Shown: positions 45,890 through 54,929, counted from the first letter of the stretch. The stretch is DNA of 64,000 nt from a virus (IMGVR_UViG_2824987192_000002:2950-66949); one strand, 5' to 3'. The notes: generated from the letters alone by a model not told the origin. Made by a program: numbers and translations.

Positions 45890-46138
45890 TCAGTCGAACC
45901 TCACGGTGTAGCCCTTGAGAACGCCGCCACAGACAACGCCTCTGATGTCGTGCCCTTTGGCATCCTTCGCAGTGAACGAGGAACGGTATGTGTCCTCCTT
46001 ACCGCACCCAAACCATGAGTAACCGCCGATAACGACATCGCTCAAACCCTGCCCTTCGAGAATGCGTTTTGCCTTCGTGTGGTCAACGCCACAGCCAGCG
46101 AGAACGGAAAGGCATGCAATTGCGACAAGCTTTCTCAT
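45890..46138 (-). CDS. Lipoprotein
   Basis: MRKLVAIACLSVLAGC lipobox; GYSWFGCGKED..GVVCGG. Confidence 0.75.
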   Translation of the reverse strand: MRKLVAIACLSVLAGCGVDHTKAKRILEGQGLSDVVIGGYSWFGCGKEDTYRSSFTAKDAKGHDIRGVVCGGVLKGYTVRFD

Positions 46139-46314
46139 GCTACTCGCTCCTTCACCGCAACGGGCTTCGTGTATGTCTTGCAGTCGGTGCAAAACCTTTC
46201 AATGAATTCCGCGACACTCAATACCCGCTCGCATGTCGGGCAGTGGTGGACTGTATGAACGGGCTCAATGGGCGATTGGAGACCGGTGATGAGCTTGGGG
46301 GATGGGTGGGTCAT
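46135..46314 (-). CDS. Small Zn-ribbon protein
   Basis: CPTC..CTDC. Confidence 0.5.
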   Translation of the reverse strand: MTHPSPKLITGLQSPIEPVHTVHHCPTCERVLSVAEFIERFCTDCKTYTKPVAVKERVA

Positions 46315-46820
46315 GCTGCGGCCCTCCACTCGTTTGGAAGAAGAGACTTGTTTCCGCGAGCAATCTTTGGGCGCTGCTTTTTCGGGATGCGATTGAGTTG
46401 AAAGACGAGGGTATAAACGTCCTTGACCTTTGGGTTCGCATCTATGCGGTCGCCCCACAGGATGCGAGCTGCACGCCAGTAATCTTCGATACCATCGAGC
46501 TTGCCCACCTTGACGCCATTGGCACCAAGGAATGCGCGAACACTACTTTCCGCCGAAGACATATTACCGATATCGGACTTAGCTTTCTTACCGGCCACCT
46601 TCGTGCGAATGAACAGTTCAAGACGAGAGAGCAACCGCTCCCCGTTCTCATCGGATCGATCATCGAAATTGAAGCCACCGAATTCTGTCAGAGCATCATC
46701 GTCGAGATCAGTGGCAACGTTCACCGCAGCCCAGAACTTCGTGAAGCCTTCTTCGCTGAGATTGCAGCGCTGAAACTTGAGGCGAGCGGCGCAGAACGGA
46801 TATGCGGAGACGTTCAGCAT
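46311..46820 (-). CDS. Hypothetical protein
   Basis: GGAGG RBS, coupled ORF. Confidence 0.6.
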   Translation of the reverse strand: MLNVSAYPFCAARLKFQRCNLSEEGFTKFWAAVNVATDLDDDALTEFGGFNFDDRSDENGERLLSRLELFIRTKVAGKKAKSDIGNMSSAESSVRAFLGANGVKVGKLDGIEDYWRAARILWGDRIDANPKVKDVYTLVFQLNRIPKKQRPKIARGNKSLLPNEWRAAA

Positions 46821-47155
46821 GTGCCGTCCTCCCGAATGAGGTTTGGCCATTTCGCCTTGGCTTCGAACATGCGTTGGTCAATACCATGCAGGTGTTCGAC
46901 TTCTTCAGGAGCCGGTATCCTTGACCCGAGAAATTCCAAAAGCTCAGGGAACTCCCAGAGAATGTCCTGCCGCCCATGATTGATCACAGAGGAGACGACT
47001 TTGCGAAGGAGACTAACCGGATTGATATCAAGCTCTCCGGTGCAATCCTGCGATTTTCCGCTTACGAGCTGTTCTTCCTGCTTCGCCAGCATCCTCTCGA
47101 TACGATCTGGCGTGAGGAGATTGCTGGAACACATAGGACATTTGATCGCGCTCAT
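46814..47155 (-). CDS. Hypothetical protein
   Basis: MSAIKCPMC, ATGA-coupled to cro. Confidence 0.55.
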   Translation of the reverse strand: MSAIKCPMCSSNLLTPDRIERMLAKQEEQLVSGKSQDCTGELDINPVSLLRKVVSSVINHGRQDILWEFPELLEFLGSRIPAPEEVEHLHGIDQRMFEAKAKWPNLIREDGTC

Positions 47156-47391
47156 GCCGCAGTCTCCGGTTGCTGCGAAATGCGCTGGCGGGCGAGCCAC
47201 TCAAAGGTGATGCCCTCTATTTCCTTCTCTGCGGAGATGGCGATCACCTTGGGCCAGTGCTCGGGAGCAATGCTATTTCGCTTATGCATCTTACGAGCAG
47301 CCTCATACCCGCAGCCCATATCGGCCGCGAAACCAGCTATCGTTTTCCACTCGGAGATGAGGTCTTGGACAGTGCTTGGATTTTTGCTCAT
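47152..47391 (-). CDS. Cro-like repressor
   Basis: TIAGFAADMGCGYEAARKMHKRNSIAPEHW; divergent from CI-like gene. Confidence 0.75.
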   Translation of the reverse strand: MSKNPSTVQDLISEWKTIAGFAADMGCGYEAARKMHKRNSIAPEHWPKVIAISAEKEIEGITFEWLARQRISQQPETAA

Positions 47392-47395
47392 GCCT

Positions 47396-47493
47396 ATTCG
47401 TACAAAACGTACGAGAATAAATCAAGCGCAAATCGTACACCTTGGACGACAAATTTCAGTCATAAGATGGCAATGACCGCACCGAACGTACGA
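47396..47493. promoter_or_regulatory. Right operator/promoter: three 17-bp operators and PR (TTGATT-17-TACGAA on minus)
   Basis: TCGTACAAAACGTACGA 47398-47414; TCGTACACCTTGGACGA 47433-47449; CCGCACCGAACGTACGA 47477-47493. Confidence 0.8.
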
Positions 47494-47937
47494 TTGCAGA
47501 TGGCGATGGAAGCTGCCGGCGTCAAAAAGCCGGCTGATGCTGCAAGGAAATTTCGTGAAATCAATCAGAATACGATTACCAGCCACGCTAACGGGAATAA
47601 GCCGTTAACCAAAAAGGCGGCGACAATGTACGCCAGGCTGTTTCGCTGCTCGGCGAGCTGGCTTCTTTTTGGGGAAGGCCAACCACCGGGCGGTCAACCT
47701 CCAAAGACCGAGGAATGGCTGGACCGCATCAAAACCACCGCAACGGAGGCAGTTATGTCTGGGGCCGACAGCAACGAAGTAGTCAACGCCTTACTCGACG
47801 TGATCTCTACGATTCGACAAATTGCGGAACAGAAACCCGAACTTCTTCCAGAAGCGAAAGAGGTTGTTCGACGAGCTGCCGCGCAGTCTCGCACTCGGAA
47901 AAACGATGGCAAAGAAAACAATGGAGAACGACATTAA
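47467..47937 (+). CDS. CI-like HTH repressor lacking an S24 peptidase domain
   Basis: RLQMAMEAAG..ADAARKF..NQNTITSHANG..YARLFRCSASWLLFGEG. Confidence 0.8.
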   Translation: MAMTAPNVRLQMAMEAAGVKKPADAARKFREINQNTITSHANGNKPLTKKAATMYARLFRCSASWLLFGEGQPPGGQPPKTEEWLDRIKTTATEAVMSGADSNEVVNALLDVISTIRQIAEQKPELLPEAKEVVRRAAAQSRTRKNDGKENNGERH

Positions 47938-48202
47938 CTGCCGCAATCTCCTGAACCGACATCCCCGATAGACTCTCGACTGCCCCTGCTAATTCCATAT
48001 CACCCGACACAACCCCACCCTGCCTTTTGTTGATTTTTAATGCACCTGATAATTGCTCGTTCTTGAGAACGAAATAGGAACATCTTCCTAACCCGTAAGT
48101 CAACCCTTTTATTCGCCCGCCTCAGAGCATGGCACATCCACGGCACATTGCCACCATACTTGCACCATTTTCAGCACTGATAATTTCCCCCATAAGGCAA
48201 TA

Positions 48203-48457
48203 ATGCCACAGCACGAAGATCCTCGTCATAACTTGCGACTCCCGCCGGAACTGAAGAAAAAGCTCGCCCATTCCGCCGTGGACAACGGCAGAAGCATGAA
48301 CGCTGAAATCTTGTCCAGGTTGGAAAAGTCTTTCGACCCGTCCCCGATAAATGACGTAAGCGCAGCACTTCGGGGTGTACTCGCTCTTGACGATGCTGAC
48401 CGCGCCGAAGCCGCCGCGCTCCTATCGAAAATCGCCGCGATCCTCGCAAAAAAATAA
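48203..48457 (+). CDS. Arc-family ribbon-helix-helix protein
   Basis: EDPRHNLRLPPELKKKL..NGRSMNAEILSRLEKSF. Confidence 0.85.
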   Translation: MPQHEDPRHNLRLPPELKKKLAHSAVDNGRSMNAEILSRLEKSFDPSPINDVSAALRGVLALDDADRAEAAALLSKIAAILAKK

Positions 48458-48656
48458 GGGATCGTTCGTGGCCGAGCATTCGAATATATAATCTACCCCT
48501 ACGTTAGCAATAGGGAAAACGTGGGTATCAAAAAAGGGTGAGTAGCGGACGGGATTTCAGTCTGCTTTTAGCGCTCTCCCACCCTTCCAACTACTCCCCT
48601 CAGAGCAAGAACCTTATTAACAAACAAACTATGTTATTAAGCCTACCGTTATTAGG

Positions 48657-48698
48657 GGGGGCGCTAGTGCACCTTTGCCAAGGGGGCGCTAGTGCACC
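48657..48698. repeat. Two 17-bp direct repeats (iteron-like) next to an AT-rich tract
   Basis: GGGGGCGCTAGTGCACC at 48657 and 48682; TTATTA(A) x3 in 48613-48654. Confidence 0.8.
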
Positions 48699-49029
48699 CT
48701 AGAGAACTTCCCATGCGAAGATCAGCCGGTATTGATTGACGGCACGTCCGCGCCTTCCACGCTGCACTTGGTCCTTGTCGATCAGTTTTTCATCGACCAG
48801 CTTCGCGACAGCTCGTTTGACTGTCGAAGGGCTTAAGTTCAGATCTTTGGCGATCGTCTTTTGCTGGTGTTTAGTGTGATTGTCGCGCCGGTTCATGTGC
48901 ATGGCGATGAAGATAGCCACCCTTTGGCAATCTGCGGAGAGATACGAGCGCCCCAAGATGTGGCGAATCCATTCGTCCCTGTTCCGATACCACCTTCCCG
49001 CATCGGATAACTCCGGCTCGTTTTCCATC
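48699..49029 (-). CDS. Winged-HTH protein resembling replication-initiator N-terminus
   Basis: LSADCQRVAIFIA..QKTIAKDLNLSPSTVKRAVAKLVDEKLI..NQYRL. Confidence 0.7.
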
Positions 49030-49075
49030 TTCACCTGTCCAATTTTGAGATTCCGCTGAGGCGACAATCGCGCCG

Positions 49076-49163
49076 TCATCCGTGATGTACGATTAAAAAA
49101 ACACCCGAACAAGGAAAATCGTACAAAGCGTACTTGACCTGCAATCGTACAAAGCGTACGAAT
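49076..49163 (+). promoter_or_regulatory. Left operator/promoter PL (TTGACC-17-TACGAA) with matching operators
   Basis: TCGTACAAAGCGTACTT 49119-49135; TCGTACAAAGCGTACGA 49145-49161; weaker site 49076-49092. Confidence 0.8.
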
Positions 49164-49294
49164 GTCTACATCAACCGAAACGGAATGACCCCGCGAAAGC
49201 GAAGCACTGAGAAACCGGATCGGCTGATCATCCACCCCAAGCATACGACCTGGGCATGTCGGAAAACTGCCCCAACGGATTGAGGAGCGAGACG

Positions 49295-49525
49295 ATGATC
49301 TTGAATGAAATGCACATGATGCCGCGTACTCGCGCAGCCCATGAACGGCTTAGTGCTCAGATCGAAGCTCGTCGTGCCGCGGATTTCAAGGCGGATATCG
49401 ACTCTCACCTTCTCCGCTGGAGCGAGCCTCCGTGCACGCTCGACGAGGCCCGTTGGTACGACAAGAACGAGCCGAACACGAGTGCTCGTGATGCCGCCGA
49501 AGACATCATGTTCCAGCGTTACTAA
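49295..49525 (+). CDS. Hypothetical early protein
   Basis: GAGGAG RBS; first gene after PL. Confidence 0.6.
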   Translation: MILNEMHMMPRTRAAHERLSAQIEARRAADFKADIDSHLLRWSEPPCTLDEARWYDKNEPNTSARDAAEDIMFQRY

Positions 49526-49583
49526 CCACACCAGAAACCGCGCAGGGCTCGCGTTACAGCCCAACAGATTCACCGGAGAGGGA

Positions 49584-49991
49584 ATGAAGATGGACAGCAA
49601 GGAAATCCAGAAGCGCGTTGATGAAATCTCTCAGGCTATGACGGCCAAGGGACTTCGCGAGCCGAACGTACAGGCCACGATCGAAAGCAACGTCCAGCCC
49701 CACGTTTACCTCAAGTGGAAGGACGTGACTGCTCCCGCAGCTGCGATCCTCAATCACGAATACAAGTTCATCAGAGCCGGATCGATCATCGCATGTCTGG
49801 ATGAGGCAGACAAATTCGTTTCCGACATGCCTTCTGCTGATGAGACCCGCATGAAGCAGTTCATGGGTGCGCTCGCCAACGTTATCGAGCTTGGCAAGGA
49901 CAACGGCATGGATGTCGCGTTTATCAACCCGCTCCAAGCCACCATGAAGAAGCTCTCCGAAAACATCCTGACAGATCAACGCGCAGCCTAA
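49584..49991 (+). CDS. Hypothetical protein
   Basis: GGAGAGG RBS; ends MKKLSENILTDQRAA. Confidence 0.65.
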   Translation: MKMDSKEIQKRVDEISQAMTAKGLREPNVQATIESNVQPHVYLKWKDVTAPAAAILNHEYKFIRAGSIIACLDEADKFVSDMPSADETRMKQFMGALANVIELGKDNGMDVAFINPLQATMKKLSENILTDQRAA

Positions 49992-50059
49992 CACACCCAC
50001 CCACCGCCCCGCCCGCCCCAAGCGAAGGCCGGGGACTGTGTGAAGAGAGGAATACGGAC

Positions 50060-50350
50060 ATGCCAATGATCAAGCGTTACGCGATTGCCCGCCGGTCCGG
50101 TTTTGCCACGGAATATTACGACGGCTGCGAAACCGCCCGTTACGACGGCTGGTCCGAATTCCGCACGGATGCCGATGAATTCCGCACCTATGCCAAGGCA
50201 AAGCGTCGGGCCGACCGGATCGGTGGAGAGGTTTTCTCCTACGAGCGCTTCTCCGACATCCCGGACACGTTCGCGGTTCCGGTGATCGTTCTTGCGCCGT
50301 CAGTGGGCTCACGGCTTGAGCGCCATTTCACACAGATCGCAGCCGAATAA
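50060..50350 (+). CDS. Hypothetical protein
   Basis: GAGAGGA RBS; ends QIAAE. Confidence 0.6.
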   Translation: MPMIKRYAIARRSGFATEYYDGCETARYDGWSEFRTDADEFRTYAKAKRRADRIGGEVFSYERFSDIPDTFAVPVIVLAPSVGSRLERHFTQIAAE

Positions 50351-50375
50351 TTCAACCAAACAATCAGAGGGTACC

Positions 50376-51065
50376 ATGCAGTTTAACGTTCTTGACCGCT
50401 TCAGCGGCGAAGTGAAGTTCACAGCCGAAATCGACTGCGACGAAAACGCGTTGCTTTCGGTGAAGCTTGGCCTGGCAGTGAAGTGGGCTATCAAGGAAAA
50501 GGCCGACCTGCGCTCCGCCAACCTGAGCTCCGCCAACCTGCGCTACGCCGACCTGCGCTACGCCGACCTGCGCTCCGCCGACCTGCGCTACGCCAACCTG
50601 AGCTCCGCCGACCTGCGCTACGCCAACCTGAGCTCCGCCGACCTGCGCTACGCCAACCTGAGCTACGCCGACCTGCGCTACGCCGACCTGCGCTCCGCCG
50701 ACCTGAGCTCCGCCAACCTGAGCTCCGCCAAGAATGCGGAATTGGCTATCGCCATGACGCGCATTCTTCCCGAAGGCTCCCTCATCGGCTGGAAGAAGTG
50801 CATGGATGGCGTGATCGTCAAGCTCCGCATTCCGGAAGAAGCAAAACGTTCTCACGCCTTCGGTCGCAAGTGCCGCGCTGAGTATGCCGATGTTATCGAA
50901 GTCATCGGCGGCGAGTTCGGGATTTCGCTTCACGACCGCAAGACGAAGTACGTAGCCGGCCAGCGCATAACGCCCGACAAGTTCGATGAGGACTGGGCCG
51001 AGGAATGCTCCAACGGCATCCACTTCTTTGTGACGCGGTTGGAGGCCGAGAACTACAGCGGCTGA
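50376..51065 (+). CDS. Pentapeptide-repeat protein with conserved C-terminal domain (DUF5758-like)
   Basis: 15 A[DN]L[RS][SY] repeats; IGWKKC..KLRIPEEAKRS..KCRAEYA..ECSNGIHFF. Confidence 0.9.
   Translation: MQFNVLDRFSGEVKFTAEIDCDENALLSVKLGLAVKWAIKEKADLRSANLSSANLRYADLRYADLRSADLRYANLSSADLRYANLSSADLRYANLSYADLRYADLRSADLSSANLSSAKNAELAIAMTRILPEGSLIGWKKCMDGVIVKLRIPEEAKRSHAFGRKCRAEYADVIEVIGGEFGISLHDRKTKYVAGQRITPDKFDEDWAEECSNGIHFFVTRLEAENYSG
50502..50726 (+). repeat. 15 x 15-bp tandem repeat GCCRACCTGMGCTMC
   Basis: Read directly from sequence. Confidence 0.95.
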
Positions 51066-51115
51066 CCGCCACCCACCCCCACGACAGACTGAAATAAACT
51101 AGAGGACGTAAGGCG

Positions 51116-51481
51116 ATGAGCAACACCTTCGACATGCGTGAATTCAGCGCCGAAAATCTTGAGCGCTGCACATCTCCGGAAGTCTTCAACCACAAGCTCG
51201 ATAGCTGGTCTTTGTCAGACTGGATGACAGCAACGCTTGGCGAACTCGGCGAGGCGGCAAACGTTCTCAAGAAGCTGAACCGCGTTCGTGACGGCATTCC
51301 AGGCAACAAGGAAACTCCTGACGAGCTGCGCGGGATGCTTGGCGACGAAATCGCCGACGCGTTCATTTACCTAGACCTATTCGCTCAGGCCGCCGGCATA
51401 GACCTCCCGTCAGCTGTCAGATCCAAGTTCGAAAAGACGAGCCTCAAGATCGGCTACGTCCGCCCCTCCAATAACGGCTGA
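51116..51481 (+). CDS. MazG-like NTP pyrophosphohydrolase
   Basis: GELGEAANVLKK..DEIADAFIYL..AVRSKF. Confidence 0.85.
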   Translation: MSNTFDMREFSAENLERCTSPEVFNHKLDSWSLSDWMTATLGELGEAANVLKKLNRVRDGIPGNKETPDELRGMLGDEIADAFIYLDLFAQAAGIDLPSAVRSKFEKTSLKIGYVRPSNNG

Positions 51482-51494
51482 GGAGGCCGGTACG

Positions 51495-51863
51495 ATGAAG
51501 AAAGAACACATTCTGGCTTTGGCCGATCTGATCGAGGAGCAGGAGCACACCGAAGAGGATGATGCTGAAGGCTTCACAATGACTGCAATAACGCACGACT
51601 GCGGCACGCCTGCATGCATTGCAGGATGGGCAGCTTGGGAGGCTCTAGGGCGCCCAAGCGGTCATCTGTACGATGTTGCTTGTGACTTGGAAGGCGAAGC
51701 AACGGATTATCTAGGGATCAATCCCATGAAGGCGGATCTCCTGTTCTATCCGCCCGAAGAAGTGGGCTTATACCAGGAGATCACCCCTTCCCAAGCCGCC
51801 GCCACTCTCCGCCATCTCGCAGAGACCGGTGAAGTCGATTGGACTGTCGGAGGTGTGAAATGA
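51495..51863 (+). CDS. Conserved phage protein
   Basis: CGTPACIAGWA..LRHLAETGEVDW. Confidence 0.7.
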   Translation: MKKEHILALADLIEEQEHTEEDDAEGFTMTAITHDCGTPACIAGWAAWEALGRPSGHLYDVACDLEGEATDYLGINPMKADLLFYPPEEVGLYQEITPSQAAATLRHLAETGEVDWTVGGVK

Positions 51864-52273
51864 CCATTTCCGCCTCCACCCTCCGCAACATCATAGCGAT
51901 CCTTCGTAACATTGACCGGGACCAGATCGACTCTGTTCTCTCTGCCGGTGAATGGATCAAATTCCGAGACGACCCTTACGGCTCATTCCTACGCATGAAC
52001 GACGAACAGCAAGACGCTATCGCCCGTATCGTGTCGGAGCGGCTAGGGCCGAAGCCCGTCGATGAAGATCAGGAATGGCTAGAAGCCCTAGAAGAGCACG
52101 AAACATCCTGGCTGTCACCGGCAGAACTTGCTGAATGCGAAGCGCGTGCCGCCGCTGCGTCCGACTTCCACGGCGAACCGCCAGCGCTCAAGTCTGCGCT
52201 GACAAGAAAGCAAGAGCTTGAAGAAGGCGAAAGAGACTTCGCCGATGGCGAGATGCCCGGAGGGTTCAACTGA
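51860..52273 (+). CDS. Hypothetical protein
   Basis: ATGA-coupled, GGAGG RBS. Confidence 0.6.
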   Translation: MTISASTLRNIIAILRNIDRDQIDSVLSAGEWIKFRDDPYGSFLRMNDEQQDAIARIVSERLGPKPVDEDQEWLEALEEHETSWLSPAELAECEARAAAASDFHGEPPALKSALTRKQELEEGERDFADGEMPGGFN

Positions 52274-52533
52274 TGGCAGACGTAAACATTACGCCACGCA
52301 TCTCCTGCGACAACTGCGGGTTCACCGCTGATAAGGTTCAGGAAGCGTTTTCACAGAACAAGTCGTTCAAGAAGCCCGGCGCTTGGGGCTCTCTGAAAAT
52401 CGAAGGCTCCCGATCCGCTGATAGTTACGGCGGCAAGGAGAAGCTGGATTTCATCGACCTTTGCCCGACCTGCGCTACTGCCGCTCTCGATGCTGCGGCA
52501 TCAAGGCTCAAGATGATGCGGGGTGAAGAGTGA
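52273..52533 (+). CDS. Zn-binding hypothetical protein
   Basis: CDNCG..DLCPTC. Confidence 0.65.
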   Translation: MADVNITPRISCDNCGFTADKVQEAFSQNKSFKKPGAWGSLKIEGSRSADSYGGKEKLDFIDLCPTCATAALDAAASRLKMMRGEE

Positions 52534-52823
52534 TGAACACGAACCTTATCAGAGTAGCAGCATCAGACATTGAGAAAAACCAGAAGGCTTTGAGCTGGTT
52601 CGAAGAATACGGCCACAACCTTCTTTCCAGAGACAGAGGCAGCTTCAAGATTGCTGTTACGCTATACGCCGCGTCTGCATGCGTAGGCGCGACAGAAGCA
52701 ACGGAAATGCTGTCAGCCTATGCCGCCTCAATGATCGAGGACATTCTGATGACGGCGCAGAAGGGTTGCGCCAATACGATCGAGATCAGGCGAGATCAAA
52801 TTAAGCAGGAGATAGGCGAATGA
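52530..52823 (+). CDS. Hypothetical protein
   Basis: Coupled ORF. Confidence 0.55.
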   Translation: MMNTNLIRVAASDIEKNQKALSWFEEYGHNLLSRDRGSFKIAVTLYAASACVGATEATEMLSAYAASMIEDILMTAQKGCANTIEIRRDQIKQEIGE

Positions 52824-53056
52824 CCATCTTTTGCTCCATGCGCACCGTCGAATGCACCTGCACGCAAGACGAATGCCGCGCTGCAAAGCCTCAATCTCTC
52901 GCTGCCGAACTTATGGTTCCATCGTGGAAGACGCAGCTAGCCGTCTGTGTATTCGGAGGGGTTATCGCCGGCATAACCGCATTCGGAATTCTCGGTAGCC
53001 AGGAAGGCTATTTCAAACAGATCGATCTTGCACAACAGGAGAGCCGTCGTGGCTGA
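52820..53056 (+). CDS. Small membrane protein
   Basis: Cys cluster plus one TM helix. Confidence 0.55.
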   Translation: MTIFCSMRTVECTCTQDECRAAKPQSLAAELMVPSWKTQLAVCVFGGVIAGITAFGILGSQEGYFKQIDLAQQESRRG

Positions 53057-54065
53057 ACAATCAATTGGCGCTTTGGCACAGAAGGTCATCGGCCCGTGGG
53101 CTTGGTGGCAAGCAGCATTGAAGAACCCCGCCGCTATCGGAAAGACGCTCCCTGTTCATGATGGCGATCCTCAGCAGGGCTATTACCGCGTCCGCTACGG
53201 CAAGGATAAGCCGTTCGAGCCTGTCGCGATCTGGAAGGACGAGCAGGGCAACTGGATTGCGTATCGAGCGGGACGCGAAGTTCGCGCCGAAGACATCTGG
53301 ACGAGCGTCTGCCGCAATCCTGTGAGCTATGAAGCATATGTCAATGCCGATGAAGGCAAAGGCTGGCCCGACGATGACAAGGTTGTTGCCGCCCAGGTGA
53401 AGCCACCGGAACCGACAGTTGGTGACAACTCTGGCGCGGCAGATGAAGCCGCAACACTCATGGATCAGATCGAGGCGGCTCTCGCTGGCATGGATGCCTA
53501 CAAGGCTATTTCCGATGATGCCACGGCGGCAAAGGCGCTCTCACTGCGCAACAGACTGAACGAGCTTTCCCGCGAAGCAGATAAGATCCGCACCAAGGAA
53601 AAGGAACCGCATCTTGAGGCCGGGAAAGCCATAGATGCCAAATGGCAACCTTTGGTGAAGAAGGCAAAGGCCGGAGCCGATCAGGTTCGCGATTCTATCG
53701 GCGCATGGGAGACGAAGAAGCTCCAGGCAGAACGCAAGCGACAGTACGAAATTGAACAGGCCCGTATTGCCGCAGAGAACGCCGCACATGAGCGAGACGG
53801 CGAAACCGCTGCATTGGACGCGCCACAGGCCGACGCCATTCCTGAAGGCGCCACGGGACAAATAAAGGCTACCTATGGCAAGGCCGCCAGTGTCTCGGCA
53901 AAGGTGTTCCTGAAGGAAGTCACTGACTATGCCGCACTGTATGCCTACATGGCCGGTCGCGAGGAAGTGCAACTCGTGCTTCGCCAGCTTGCGCAGCGCG
54001 CGCTCGATGCGGGCCGCACAAACATCCCAGGCATCACCACTGAAGAGAGGGCAAACGTGAGATGA
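53049..54065 (+). CDS. Recombination-module protein (coiled coil, IPG C-terminus)
   Basis: PQQGYYR..PVAIW; KEKEPHLEAGKAIDAKW; NIPGI; upstream of Bet. Confidence 0.7.
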   Translation: MAEQSIGALAQKVIGPWAWWQAALKNPAAIGKTLPVHDGDPQQGYYRVRYGKDKPFEPVAIWKDEQGNWIAYRAGREVRAEDIWTSVCRNPVSYEAYVNADEGKGWPDDDKVVAAQVKPPEPTVGDNSGAADEAATLMDQIEAALAGMDAYKAISDDATAAKALSLRNRLNELSREADKIRTKEKEPHLEAGKAIDAKWQPLVKKAKAGADQVRDSIGAWETKKLQAERKRQYEIEQARIAAENAAHERDGETAALDAPQADAIPEGATGQIKATYGKAASVSAKVFLKEVTDYAALYAYMAGREEVQLVLRQLAQRALDAGRTNIPGITTEERANVR

Positions 54066-54928
54066 ACGCTGTAGCTGAAATCAGGCCGAAATCCGTCCTG
54101 CTCGACATGGCAAACCGCTACGGCATGGAGCCGCCGGCATTTGAAGCCACGGTTCGCGCCACATGCATGAAGCCCGACAAGAACGGGAAGGTTCCTTCTC
54201 GTGAAGAGTTTGCGGCGTTCCTTCTCGTCGCGAAGGAATACAATCTCAACCCGCTTCTGAAGGAAATCTATGCATTCCCAGCGAAGGGCGGCGGAATCGT
54301 ACCAATAGTCAGCGTAGACGGGTGGGTTAATCTCATCAACAGCCAAGACGCATTGGATGGAATCGAATTCGCCGTAGAACACGATGACAAGGGCGCTCTC
54401 GTTTCGATCACATGCCGAATCTATCGCAAGGATCGGTCGCGCCCGATTGAGGTCACTGAATATCTTGTCGAGTGCGTGCGGCAGACAGAGCCGTGGGCAA
54501 TGAAGCACAGGATGCTTCGCCACAAGGCTCTCATCCAGTGCGCTCGTTATGCGTTTGGTTTCGCTGGAATCTACGATGAAGACGAAGGCGAGAAGATCGC
54601 CAACATGAAGGATGTCACGCCCCCGAAGCCGCCGGCACCTCCTGCCCCCCCATCTGAGGACACAGCAGAAGTTATCGAAGAGCGCCGCGTGGAAAAGGTA
54701 ATCGATGGCGAAATCATCAATCCACATGAGGACGCGAACGGCATATATCTCGACCCGACGCAGTTCTTCGAAACTATGGAAGCCGAAATGGCGCAGGCAA
54801 CCACGGCTGCAGATGTTGAGGAAGTATGGACGGCCCGCGACCCAATGGCTGTCTTCGATGGTGACGACATCAACCAGGGAATTGCCAAAGCCATCAAGAA
54901 CCGGCGCCTGAAGCAGATCGGAGGCTGA
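54062..54928 (+). CDS. bet: Bet/RecT-family single-strand annealing protein
   Basis: YNLNPLLKEIYAFP..IVSVDGW..RMLRHKALIQCARYAFGFAGIYDEDE. Confidence 0.92.
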   Translation: MNAVAEIRPKSVLLDMANRYGMEPPAFEATVRATCMKPDKNGKVPSREEFAAFLLVAKEYNLNPLLKEIYAFPAKGGGIVPIVSVDGWVNLINSQDALDGIEFAVEHDDKGALVSITCRIYRKDRSRPIEVTEYLVECVRQTEPWAMKHRMLRHKALIQCARYAFGFAGIYDEDEGEKIANMKDVTPPKPPAPPAPPSEDTAEVIEERRVEKVIDGEIINPHEDANGIYLDPTQFFETMEAEMAQATTAADVEEVWTARDPMAVFDGDDINQGIAKAIKNRRLKQIGG

Positions 54929-54929
54929 C

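Noticed and set aside
50502-50726. Diversity-generating retroelement (variation involves adenines)
   Set aside because: No reverse transcriptase and no template/variable repeat pair in the window; variation is strictly binary
50364-51023. Minus-strand (G/V)AQVG repeat protein and the LRRPA frame
   Set aside because: Alternative frames of the pentapeptide repeat
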